This document shows, piece after piece, positions 10,960-22,517 of a stretch of 64,000 nt of DNA (position 1 is the stretch's first letter; each line of letters opens with the position of its first letter). Source of the stretch: Anolis carolinensis (Eukaryota); contig NC_085842.1 of NCBI RefSeq assembly GCF_035594765.1, positions 43,500,782-43,564,781 of the forward strand, given 5' to 3'. A model generated the notes under the pieces. The model was not told the origin of the DNA and made no database searches. It was given only the letters and a program-made list of their open reading frames with translations. Made by a program: the position numbers and the translations under genes.

Positions 10960-12570
10960 CAGGTTATAGGGTTACAGCCTGTATTGGACGGGGTTACACT
11001 CCCCCTGAAAGTGCAGGTTCACAGCTTGGGAGTTCTCCTGGACTCATCGCTGAGCCTGGAACCCTAGGTTTTGGCAGTGAGCAGGGGAGCATTTGCACAA
11101 TTAAAACTTGTGCAGCAGTTGCGCCCATACTTTGGGAAGTCAGACTTAGCCACCATAGTCCATGCTCTGGTTACATCCCGTATAGACTACTGCAATGCAC
11201 TCTACATGGGGTTGCCTTTGAAGATTCTTCAGAAGCTTCAATTGGTCCAATGGGTGGCAGCCAGACTGCTCACCGAGTGGCATACAGGGAGCATACAACT
11301 TTCCTGTTACATCAGCTCCAATGCCTGCCGGTCTACTACCAAGCGCAATTCAAAGTGCTGGCTTTAGCCTGTAAAGCCCTAGATGGTTGTGGCCCAACTT
11401 ACCTTTCCAAACGTATCTCCCTTTAAGAACCATCTCAGAGTTTAAGATCATCTGAGGAGGCCCTGCCCTTGATCCCACTTCCTTTGCAGGTGCAATTGGC
11501 AGGTGTAATGGCACGCCCGAACCTTTGGGAAAAACTATAGTGTTTGGCTTTACTCGAGGGCTATCTATATACCTTCTGTTAAGATCAAGACCCTTAACAT
11601 ACAGAGGCACTTTTGGCAAGGTGAAAAGATAAGCAAAATGAGTTTACTAAAAACAAGATGAATAAAGAGTTAACTCCACCCGGGACTATTGTAAAATAGC
11701 TTAAAACAATACATTACAAAGGGAAATTTTTCTGGTTGCAGTCATCTCTCTGAAATTCTTGAAAGCCCCCGGCCTCTGGTGCAAAGCAATGGCTCACAAT
11801 GCTGGAGCCCAAAAGCTGTCTCAATCTTCTTTCTTTGTGAAGCCTAAGCTGGTCAAAGGCTTCTGTTGTCTCTGGGACTGATGGTATAAGAATACTGCTG
11901 AATGCAGTATTAGGTACTAAGGATGCCTGTTTTGGATTGCTTGGGCCTAGGATTACCAGACAATGCCCAAGCCTCTAATGACTGTAGCTCTGCTGCAGAA
12001 ATGGAGGAGTCTAGCAAGAGAATTCTGAACAGGCAAATGGACTAAACCAACTAAGGCTGGTCTCTAGGGGTTTTTTATGCTCCACCCAAAAACTAATACA
12101 AAGGGAGCTATCTACACTATTGGGAAAGCTTATGAACAGGGAGAACTAAAGCAAAGGAGAGGAAAAGGCAAAGCCAAGACTTCACAGGCAAGATGCAAGG
12201 CTTTCTCAGTGGTGGCCCCTCAGCTGTGGAATTCCCTCCCCAGGGATATTAAATCAGCCCCCTCCTTATTGATCTTCCATAAGAAAATGAAAACATGGCT
12301 TTGTGACCAAGCCCTTGGAGAACTTATGCAATAGATAGATAGAATGATGTGAAATGACTATTGGAACCGTCTGGAATATGCTTGAGAATTATGAGATTAA
12401 TGATGAATGTATTGTTTTAATTGCTTTTCATTGTTTTAATGTATTCTATAATTCTATTTATATGGTTTACTTTTAAGGCATTGAATAGTTGCCTGCGTGT
12501 AAAGCCGCCTTGAGTCCCCTCTGGGGTGGAGAAAGGTGGGGTAGAAATATCGTAAACAAATAAATAAATA
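10960..12570 (+). mobile_element. L2 LINE 3' part, interrupted by a solo LTR
   Basis: ORF2 remnant with HALVTSRIDYCNALYMGLP motif (11071-11367); resumes after about 12189; (AAAT)n tail at about 12555-12570. Confidence 0.85.
11504..12184. mobile_element. Solo LTR (~680 bp) inserted in L2
   Basis: TG...CA termini (tgtaatgg...gacttca) with 4-bp TSD cagg (11500-11503 / 12185-12188); L2 sequence is collinear on both sides. Confidence 0.7.
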
Positions 12571-12712
12571 CATTTTCAGCTGCTTTCAAACTGCTCCTGC
12601 TCTAGCCTTACATCTATGCTTTCACCAAGTAATTGCAATCTTATTGTGAACAGATAAATGTAGCTTACATTTAGAAAATGTAACCATTATTGCACAACAT
12701 TGAACACAATAC

Positions 12713-12938
12713 AATACAACCCCCATATCCACAGAGGGTATATTCCAAGATCCCCTGTGGATACCTGAAACAATGGATAATAGCAAACCCCATCTTTTGG
12801 GTTGGAAACATACTATAAAATCACCTAGAGGGGCCCACAAACACTTCTGAAAAGGAATATTTTTTGGAGTGTGTGTAAGTGAAACTGCGGATGTCAAATC
12901 AATGGAAAAGGGTGGAGGTGAGGTGGAGTGTTGTACAG
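12713..12938. mobile_element. Tigger-like MITE
   Basis: Tigger-type motifs (ttccaagatcccctgtggatacctgaaac...gaaactgcggat) with TA-flanked ends. Confidence 0.55.
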
Positions 12939-13708
12939 TATATACATGTGCATACAATATATATTCTTGCCATTTTTCTTACTTGACAATTCCACCAGTA
13001 TTGATGAAAAATCTTGCTAAAATAATAGTGTGGGAATTAAAATGAGTTCTCTTTGACTACCACATACATTTTTAAACACAGCTGTCACTATGTATTAGTG
13101 TTGCAAAACCCAGCAAGTATGCCGCCCAGTTCTCTTGCCTTTCCCCACAGTATTAGCCAAGGAAGTTAGAGACGCCCAACTATTTTTTTACTCCTTTCCC
13201 ATTTCATATTAGTCATTATAGTTATAGTTGCTATTGGAATCACATCCAAAATGAATTGCTATCATTTATGTGATAAAACAAAGCTGACAGGTCTTAAGGG
13301 GGAGACAAAACTTTGGTCTTAAATACAGCTACTGAAAGGGGGGAAAATGGAAAAAACTGATTTTTCCCTCCAGTGTAATTTTGGTCCATTCTTGAAATTG
13401 TCAAAGAGTAGTTGCCATAATTTTGTCAATTGTGTTTTCTCCCAGGGATCTACCATTAGGCAGGATAGCACGGGTGCCTCAGGCATTAGGTGCTTGAGTG
13501 GTGAGAAAATGTCACAGGACAGAAATGTGTGTGTCTGCCCCATGGCTTTCAGTTTTCCTTGGTTTTGCTTTGATTCCACACTTACATTGAGAGAGTAATT
13601 CACTGCCGTATATAGTCATATATAAATCATATATGTCAAAAGCAGGTCTTGTGAGCAAAATGATGGATTTTGATATGGCTCTTGGATATGTCATGGACCA
13701 CTCTGCAG

Positions 13709-13895
13709 AATCATATAATCAAAGAGCTGGAAGAGACCACAAGGGTCATCCAGTTCAACTCCCTGCTATGCAGGAACACACAATCAAAGCATTCCTGACA
13801 GATGGCCATCCAACACCTGTTTAAAAACCTCTAGAGAAGGAGACTCCACCACACTCACAGGCAGTATATTCCACTGTTGAATAATTTTTACCATC
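13709..13895 (-). mobile_element. CR1 LINE 3' fragment
   Basis: Homologous to the 3' end of the CR1 at 18556-18780. Confidence 0.8.
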
Positions 13896-14199
13896 AGCTA
13901 CCATTCCCTCCCCTCTGAGGGCATTCAAAAAAGCACCTATCCACCCTGCTCAGAGAGAAGCTTATAATTAACCATCTCTGAGCAGAGTGATAAAAGGTTC
14001 AATCTAGAAGAACCCACCCTCTATTCTCTCACTGTTCCTTTGAGGAGAAGTGTCAAAGAGCCACTGCCATTTTCCTACCCAAACATTCAAAAAGCTCAGA
14101 GAATAGAAAGGACTGTATTTAGGTTCTCCTTGAATGGACTAAGATGAACACAGTGACATGTGTGGTTATCTGGTAAGAGTTATGGAGCAGTTCTGACTT

Positions 14200-14351
14200 T
14201 AAAAAAAAGGTAAAGGTTTCCCCTGACGTGAAGTCCAGTCATGTCTGACTCTGGGGGTTGGTGCTCATCTCCATTTCTAAGCCGAAGAGCCAGCGTTGTC
14301 CATAGACACCTCCAATGTCATGTGGCTGGCATGACTGCATGGAGCGCCGTT
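14200..14351 (-). mobile_element. 5'-truncated Sauria SINE inside a Tc1/mariner-like element (about 13900-14441)
   Basis: (ACCTTT)n tail; TSD gttctgac (14190-14197 / 14349-14356). Confidence 0.85.
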
Positions 14352-14711
14352 CTGACGTAGACCCATGAATAAGTCAACCCAGGTTTTATAGGGTCAATTT
14401 TTGACTAATATTTCTAGACTTATGTGTCTGTATATACAGTAATTTTACAAGATAATTTTAGCTTTAAAATGTATGATGGGTGCTGTGAGGTATTAATAAA
14501 TTTCCATGATAATTTAAAATTGCTCAGGCATGAAGACATGTTAATATGAAATTATAGTTATCATATAGTGCTCAAGAAGAGTATCAGAATTTGTGAAAGG
14601 TAGGAAGCTATACTATAATGGTATTGGTTCTTTGACTGGATAGTTTGGGAATACTTAAGATACATCATTAATGGTGGGTTTTCTTTTCAGTGGCTAGAGA
14701 AGATCTTGCAG

Positions 14712-14903
14712 CACTAGCATGGTGTAATGCTTTGAGTGTGGGATTACAGCTCAGGATACCAGATTTCAAATCCCCACTGAGTGACCTCGGGTAAGTCAGA
14801 CCCCCTGAGTCTCAGAGGAAGGCAGTAACAAATCTTCTCCACACATATTCTGCTAGTGTCACCTTAGGGTCAACATAAATGGAAATGGCTTGAAGACACA
14901 ACC
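14712..14903 (+). mobile_element. Old tRNA-derived SINE
   Basis: tggtgtaatg A box, ttcaaatccc B box, tail ccttagggtc...ttgaagacacaac. Confidence 0.6.
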
Positions 14904-15257
14904 ACTGTCATCACCACAGAGAAGATCTTCACATTTACACTGAAATGCAAAAATCTAGGTTCTAAACTCCATATTGAAATGTGGTTTTACTGAAAGAGAA
15001 AGGTAAAGACATTACTGTGTGCTTCTGGTCTGAAATGCAGATGGGGTGGGGCAGGAATTCAATGAACCCAGCCAGAGCCACTAATACTTAGACACTGGTT
15101 TCAATATAGGCATACTATTTCTGCCTGGATGTTAGCCATACCAATGGGGTGTTCATGAACTAACACAATCATATTCTTTCTCTTAGCTTCCAGTTATAAT
15201 GTCTATCCAAAACTATGCTTGATGGCTCCTGATGGTAGGATCTAAGGTCAGGATTAG

Positions 15258-15490
15258 AGAGCCAGTGTGGTGTTGTGGTTTAAGCATTGGACTATGATTT
15301 TGAAGGCCAGGGTTTGAATCACCTACTTCACTATGGAAACCCAGTGTGTGACCTTGGGCAAATCACAATCTTAGAGGGTGACAAAAGCATATCCACTCTG
15401 AAGAAATTTTGGCTGGAAAACCAAGTGTTATATTATGCCTTAGAGTCATTATAAATCAGAAACAACTTGAAGGCATACAGCAGCAACAAA
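15258..15490 (+). mobile_element. Old tRNA-derived SINE
   Basis: tggtgttgtggtt A box, ggtttgaatcc-like B box, tail ttgaaggcatacagcagcaac. Confidence 0.65.
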
Positions 15491-16594
15491 TTCTGAATAT
15501 ATGACTACCCCTTGCCCTCTCGATTCCTTGTAAATAGATCAATTTCTTTATGGGTATGTTTTATTTGGGGGATATCCTGGTCCCCAAATAAGTCCTGGTC
15601 ATTTGGTTAATATTTTTAATTGTTTAATGTGTTATCAAAGGCTGTTTGTTTGTTTAATTGTTTGTTTATTCACAGGATCAGAGTGTACTTTTTCCCTTCA
15701 TTCTGAAACACTTAGGTCTTCAAATTGAGCTTGAGCTTTGAACCCAGACAGAATATTAGGATAGATGACCTGAGAATCCTGAAGCTGCAAACTTCATCTG
15801 TCTCTTACAATACTGGACTAGATGTTCCATAAATTCAGTGAATCACAGGGGCTTTTTCATTTGTTTTTGCAGGTGCTGGGAAGTTTGAGTAGACTCAAGG
15901 CTGTGGAGATAGTGGCATAGTTTACTCTGTCTACTGCCATGTGGAAACTAAAAAGGAATATTCAATTTGTACTCAGTTCACACAAGAATTGGCATGTGGA
16001 ACAGCCAAATCTGGTTGGGTTTTGGAAATGATTATTTATTAAAGATTTGTCCCTCTTGGCAAAAAAAACTAAATAGGAATAGTTGAAAGACTATTGCTGG
16101 CTGTATTAAGTGCATAAAAGGGGGAAAGAAGCATTTCTCATAGACTTTGCAAAGGTTTTCTTGGTTGATCGATGTTTACATTTGTGCAATTTCTTTTGGG
16201 AAATGGTTTCTTGTGTTAGGTCAGAGAGGAAAGTTTACTACATGCTTTTCACTTGTAGTAGCATAACATTCTTGCAGGCTTAAAAGAAAATCATTTTAAA
16301 GTCCTTGTTAGGTTATAGAGTTCATAAGGCTGTTCTTTGGGTATAGTCAATAGCAGTCTCTGTTGACGAACTTCAAGAGAAATTGGAAAGGGAATGTACA
16401 AAACAGGGTTTGAGTGACTGATTGTCAAAGAGATCCTGGGAAAGGACTGAACACCAAATTTGGGACCATCCATGTTGAATTAGAAGTAGATTCTTGGGGT
16501 GTTACCACCTTTTCTGGGGAAGATAGAGACTGATTTAATTACAATTCAGTCTCCTTTAGCAGAGTTCATAAGTGGAAGTGCTGAATCTTTTGGG

Positions 16595-16803
16595 ACTTTG
16601 GTGTCAGCTGGGGTTTTGGTTCCAGGACCCCCAGTGGATACCAAAATCTGTGGATACTGTAGTGTAGCACAATGGTTTCCCCTCATATAAAATGGTAAAA
16701 TCAAGGTTTATGTTGGGTTATTTTTTATTTTAAAAAATATTTTCAAGACATGGGTGGTGAAATCCATGGATGCAGAATCTGTGGATATAGAGGGACAACT
16801 GTA
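16595..16803. mobile_element. Tigger-like MITE
   Basis: ttccaggacccccagtggataccaaaatctgtggat...ggatatagagggacaactgta terminus. Confidence 0.6.
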
Positions 16804-18112
16804 AATAGGTCTCATAGCTAAAGACATTACTAATTATGTGCCTAAGACCTGGGTCACTACAGAAATGTTTCAAGAAAGGAAGTAACTTAGCAGAGTCTGT
16901 GTACAACAGTTTGAAAGAGGAAGGGGAGCGAGGGGGGGGGGAGAGAGAGAGAGATGAGGGAGGGAGAGTTTTCTAATGTGCTTACAAACACACCTACGTT
17001 ATTAATTGAGTAACTACACCATGGGATGGCATCTTCAGGTGAGTAAATACATGTGACTCTCAGATTAATCCATATCTTTGAAATGTTAGGTGAGAACTAA
17101 CCATAGCGTATCTACATTACGATCACTTGTAATTTTGGGACTGCAGATGGAAAGTCCTTAAAAACAACATGTTCAACCCAAAGAGGCTTTTGGTAATTCA
17201 TTGAAAACATTCATATAGTAGAGAATAAATAATGCAAGATATGGAATCCTGTGGGGAAAGCAGATTGGTACACAGCTCAGACTTTGTCAGGAAGGAAGAT
17301 GGTCAGACTCTTGCCAACAAATGAAAATATCTAATTAATGGATTCGGCAGTTGGGAGAGAGCTTTTACTAGCTACTGGAGTAAAAAAAAAAACCTCTCCA
17401 TTTGAGAATGACCTGATAATGGCATGGATCAAAAACAACCGCAAATAACAACTCAAATATATAGCCTCTGTATTCCTTGTCAGCTGTTCAGAGCTTAATT
17501 GGATCCTTTCTGATGCAGGCTTGCTATGCAGGCTTCTCTTTCAAAAGGTCATAGATTTAATGTTAATCTGCCCCATTACGTTATCATTTCCACAAGTGCT
17601 TCGAAGAGGGTGTCATTAATTGCCTGTGACTGTAATTGGCTTTATGAGGCCAGTCAAGCCAATAGCTGGGAAAACAGCGCCCAGAACAGCTGTCAAACAT
17701 GTAACCTGGCAGAAAGTTACCAAGTATCAGGAGGACAAGTTGAACAGAAATGGGCATTTCTATGCCCAGAAAAGGCGGGTCGATCAAGAGAACCCTCAGT
17801 CTGCAAGCCACTCCCCAAAGGCACCATTTGGAAATAGCTTCAAGTTGAGAAAAGTGACCCCTCTTCAGAATGGCAGGTTTGTGAGAAAAGGTAATCATTC
17901 TATGGGGTCACTTATTGAGTTCTTAGCAATCTAAAGGTGATTGAATTTTTTGAAAAATTACATTATGGGCAGATGTTGTTGAATTTCCAATTCTCCCCAG
18001 TTCTCTAGCATCCGACTGTTACTCAAATACTGTCAAATATCAGTGATTGGCCAAAAGTGATGCTAGCTGGGGAAAGGTCCCTCAAGTGTCATCTACTCTA
18101 TCCTTCCTCACA

Positions 18113-18262
18113 CTCTGAATCTACACGGTCCTATATTCCAGAATCTGATCCTAGATTTGCTGCTTATCCCTGATTCTCTGGCAGTGTAGACTCATATAAT
18201 CCAGTTCCAAGCAGATAATCTGGGATCAGATCCTGGAATATAGGGTCATGTAGATCCAGTCT
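18113..18262. mobile_element. Harbinger-type MITE
   Basis: Palindromic ctgaatctacac...tgtagatccag with the shared tataatccagttc core. Confidence 0.6.
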
Positions 18263-18555
18263 AAGACAAAACACACATGCTTCCTCACAGATTAATTACC
18301 CTCCAGTTACACCAGTGGTTCCCAACCTTTTTTTGACCAGGGCCCACTTTGACCAGGGACCACTTGAACAGAGACCACTCTCCAACATTGGTATCATTGG
18401 TTTTTGGTCAACCTTAGATTTGGTTTGGTTATTGGAGGTGCTGATTCAGAAAACTGCATTGGATAGACCACATCAGCTCTAGTTTCTGATGCAGGACATA
18501 TGCCATCCAGTAGTCACCATCCGCTCACCCACAAAAAACATATTTAATAATCTAG

Positions 18556-20114
18556 AATCATAGAATCATAGAATCATAGAATAGTAGAGTTGGAAGAGAC
18601 CTCAAGGGCCATCTAGTCCAACCCCCCGCTAAGAAGCAGGAAATCGCATTCAAAGCACCCCCGACAGATGGCCATCTAGCCTCTGCTTAAAAGCCTCCAA
18701 AGAAGGAGCCTCCACCACGGCCCGGGGGAGAGAGTTCCACTGCCGAACAGCCCTCACAGTGAGGAAGTTCTTCCTGATGTTCAGGTGGAATCTCCTTTCC
18801 TGTAGTTTGAAGCCATTGTTCCGTGTCCTAGTCTGCAGGGCAGCAGAAAATAAGCTTGCTCCCTCCTCCCTATGACTTCCCCTCACATATTTGTACATGG
18901 CTATCATGTCTCCTCTCAGCCTTCTCTTCTGCAGGCTAAACATGCCCAGCTCTTTAAGCCTCTCCTCATAGGGCTTGTTCTCCAGACCCTTAATCATTTT
19001 AGTTGCCCTCCTCTGGACGCTTTCCAGCTTGTCAGCATCTCCCTTCATCTGCGGTGCCCAAAACTGGACACAGTATTCCAGGTGTGGTCTGACCAAGGCA
19101 GAATAGAGGGGGAGCATGACTTCCCTGGATCTAGACGTTATTCCCCTATTGATGCAGGCCAAAATCCCATTGGCTTTTTTAGCTGCCGCATCACATTGTA
19201 GGCTCATGTTTAACTTGTTGTCCACGAGGACTCCAAGATCTTTTTCGCACACACTGCTGTCAAGCCAGGCGTCCCCCATTCTGTATCTTTGATTTCCATT
19301 TTTTCTGCCGAAGTGAAGTATCTTGCATTTGTCCCTGTTGAACTTCATTTTGTTAGTTTCGGCCCATCTCTCTAGTCTGTCAAGATCGTTTTGAATTCTG
19401 CTCCTGTCTTCTGGAGTGTTAGCTATCCCTCCGAGTTTGGTGTCATCTGCAAACTTGATGATCGTGCCTTCTAACCCTTCGTCTAAGTCGTTAATAAAGA
19501 TGTTGAACAGAACCGGGCCCAGGACGGAGCCCTGCGGCACTCCACTTGTCACTTCTTTCCATGATGAAGACGACGCATTGGTGAGCACCCTTTGGGTTCG
19601 TTCGCTTAGCCAATTACAGATCCACCTAACCGTAGTTTTGTCTAGCCCACATTTTACTAGTTTGTTTGCCAGAAGGTCGTGGGGGACTTTGTCGAAGGCC
19701 TTACTGAAATCTAGATATGCTACATCCACGGCATTCCCTGTATCGACCCAACTCGTAACTCTATCGAAAAAAGAGATCAGATTAGTCTGGCATGACTTGT
19801 TTTTGGTAAATCCGTGTTGACTATTAGCAATGACCGCATTTGTTTCTAAGTGTTTGCAGACCACTTCCTTAATGATCTTTTCCAGAATCTTGCCTGGTAT
19901 TGATGTGAGGCTGACCGGACGGTAATTGTTTGGGTCGTTCTTTTTTCCCTTCTTGAAGATAGGGACCACATTCGCCCTCCTCCAATCTGCTGGGACTTCT
20001 CCTGTTCTCCAAGAACTCTCGAAGATGATTGCCAGTGGTTCTGAAATAACTTCCGCTAGTTCCTTCAATACTCTTGGATGTAGCTGATCTGGCCCTGGGG
20101 ACTTGAATTCGTTT
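18556..20114 (-). mobile_element. Young 5'-truncated CR1 LINE
   Basis: (TTCTATGA)n tail, open RT frame, CpGs retained, atctaga target duplication. Confidence 0.95.
18650..20068 (-). CDS. CR1 ORF2 reverse transcriptase (C-terminal 472 aa, 5'-truncated)
   Basis: [29 protein letters not shown] and KFADD motifs; no stops. Confidence 0.93.
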   Translation of the reverse strand: MKELAEVISEPLAIIFESSWRTGEVPADWRRANVVPIFKKGKKNDPNNYRPVSLTSIPGKILEKIIKEVVCKHLETNAVIANSQHGFTKNKSCQTNLISFFDRVTSWVDTGNAVDVAYLDFSKAFDKVPHDLLANKLVKCGLDKTTVRWICNWLSERTQRVLTNASSSSWKEVTSGVPQGSVLGPVLFNIFINDLDEGLEGTIIKFADDTKLGGIANTPEDRSRIQNDLDRLERWAETNKMKFNRDKCKILHFGRKNGNQRYRMGDAWLDSSVCEKDLGVLVDNKLNMSLQCDAAAKKANGILACINRGITSRSREVMLPLYSALVRPHLEYCVQFWAPQMKGDADKLESVQRRATKMIKGLENKPYEERLKELGMFSLQKRRLRGDMIAMYKYVRGSHREEGASLFSAALQTRTRNNGFKLQERRFHLNIRKNFLTVRAVRQWNSLPRAVVEAPSLEAFKQRLDGHLSGVL

Positions 20115-22440
20115 ATATCTAGATTCGACTATATCTAGAGCTGATATAGTCTATCCAATGCAATCATCAGCTCTGCAGAAAGGAGCAGAAATAAAATAAA
20201 TAAAATAAAGAGGAAGGAGGTTCGCAGACTGGATTTTCATTCTCATGGCCCACTCCTGGGTTGCGAATCACTGGGTTACACAACACCACTATGGAAAATG
20301 GATGAAAAGACTTCAGTACTTAAAGCAGGTGATTTTTCCTTATGCTGTATATCTGGGGCAGAGAGTTGTTGGTCTCTGTCCTGGTATATCTGGCTTTCTG
20401 CTAATGAAGAGGGGAAAATGAGAGCACCGTCTTCTAAACTTCTTCCTTCCTCCAAGAAATTGTCCTCCAGTTGCCAAATTTCTAGCTTTGCAGTAACACC
20501 AAGGAATGTATTATATTTTATTTTATTAATCCAACTAACCTCACTCAGCAAAAAAAAAAAAAAAAAAGGAAAAAAGCTATCTTGTGGTAATTAATTCCGT
20601 ATTCAGTATTTACTCCAATCTTTGGAGGGCCAGACCTCCCGCCACATTTACTCCTGAAAAGAAAAAAAAAATACTGTATTTTGACTCCAAAGTCTCCCAA
20701 ACACCCTCTAAACAACAGGAGGTCAGTTGAAATAATGTTCTGTTTCTCAAAAGAATTATCCTGGACCTAATTGTATTAATTGAGGGGGGAGGGGTAAATG
20801 AGATGAAAATGCCCCCAATCAAAAGAGGGCATGGGGAGGTAGAAATAAATTACACTTAGAGGCAGTAGACCTCTAAACATGGTAGAAATGCCCTCCACAC
20901 TTCCTAGAGGGCATTTGGGATTTTTTAAAAAACCTCCATGGGTCAAAACAACAACAACAACAACTCAACATGCCCTTCTGGTGCTCTGTAATGTTTTGGT
21001 GATATCAATGCCATCTGTAGTTCATCCTGGTATATTTCATTCAGTTCTTCACCAGATCAGTTCTGTTTGTTTCAAAAGGAAGATGGCTAACTAAAGATGG
21101 AAACACTACTGGAGCTGCTAATTTCCCTGGCTATAAACTGAAATTGATGAACCCTACATAAAACCCACCATCATGGTTATAATCATAGTTCTAAGAAAAA
21201 GATTTTCCCTTCTCACAGTCCTATAGGCTCTCCTTTATATGATTTCCAATACTCTATTTATTATAGCAGTGAGATACTGTAGTAAAAGAAACCCTCAATG
21301 GAGAATGAAAAAGATATTTCTTGAAACCTTAGGTGTGACCATCTACATTAAAAAAAAAACGTTCCAGTCTTTGTACACTGTTATTGTATCACATGCAAAT
21401 GACTTGAAGGATTTTAATCAAATTCAGAGGGGATATTTGAGAATTCTGGGCTTTGTCTTTTGGGGATTCACTAGAGTTCTCCAGCTGAAAATCCTAAGCT
21501 TCATTTGCCACAGAATGTCGCCATGACAACTAAAGGGGAATCACGGTGCTGTAAATGTATAATGTGAAAGAGTACCTGACCATCATCCCAGTAGATGCAT
21601 TAACTCTCTCTGTGTGTATCTTAAATCCTATTTACCAGTATTATTTCTAAATCTATGCATATTGGTTAGTACATGCAAAAATATGCTAATATGTTCCTTG
21701 TTCTTTCCTAGGCAACACATGAAAAACCTCCACTCATTATGGCGTCACAACATTGCTGCAAATGGAAAGCAATCTCTAGGAATGACTTCATGGCTAAGTT
21801 AATGTTCCTTAATCAGTCCTGTACTGTACTCCATTTTATAATTGCACCTCGTGGATTCCTTGTATCTCTGGTGCAGTTCAAGCAACCCTCACATTTGCCA
21901 TGGAAATGCTTGCAGCAAGGCGTGCTCCTTAGAGAGGCTACAGTTCAACAGCAGGGCAGAGCAGAGAGCGCTCTCAAACCACCCAACTGTGAATGATTAA
22001 TCTAAGGGAAGGATTGTAGCATTCTGCATCTTTTCTTTCCCATAGATAGACTCTAGGAATTACCTGCAGAAATGTGCTGGTCTTGACAGGTTCATTCCAT
22101 CATGGGATGTTGTTGATAGACACCAGAGAAGCAGTAATGGCATGAATGAGGAGAAAAACACACAAATCTTAACTGATGAGATTCAGGGACTAACAGCGGG
22201 ATCCTCTCAGCCACTCAGAGTATCTGACAGGGTGCAAACACACTTGCATCCAAAAAACCCAAAAGCACGTAGAATTGCATCAGCAATACAAAGTGACCCT
22301 TCCTATTGTTGTGGTCTGTGACCAAGGACTTACAGTACTCTGCCAGTAAATGTGGGTTAACATATACAATTCACTGGAAATGGTGGAAAACAAATGTGGA
22401 TGGGAAAGAAGATTGAACCTGCAATAAAGGGAGACTATGT

Positions 22441-22464
22441 AACAACAACAGCAGCAGCAGCAGC

Positions 22465-22504
<40 letters not shown>

Positions 22505-22517
22505 TAATAATAATAAT
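22441..22517. repeat. Compound (CAA)/(CAG)/(TAA) microsatellite
   Basis: Direct inspection. Confidence 0.95.

Larger units (their letters stand above)
18313..20273. mobile_element. hAT (Charlie-type) MITE split by a CR1 insertion
   Basis: TIRs cagtggttcccaacc / ggttgcgaatcactg; 8-bp TSD agttacac / ggttacac. Confidence 0.8.

Noticed and set aside
17526-17934. Three overlapping ~104-aa ORFs as a host exon
   Set aside because: No recognisable domain or convincing splice sites; better explained as non-coding regulatory sequence.
18872-19820. Plus-strand ORFs of 109 and 134 aa
   Set aside because: Antisense to CR1 ORF2; a common artefact.
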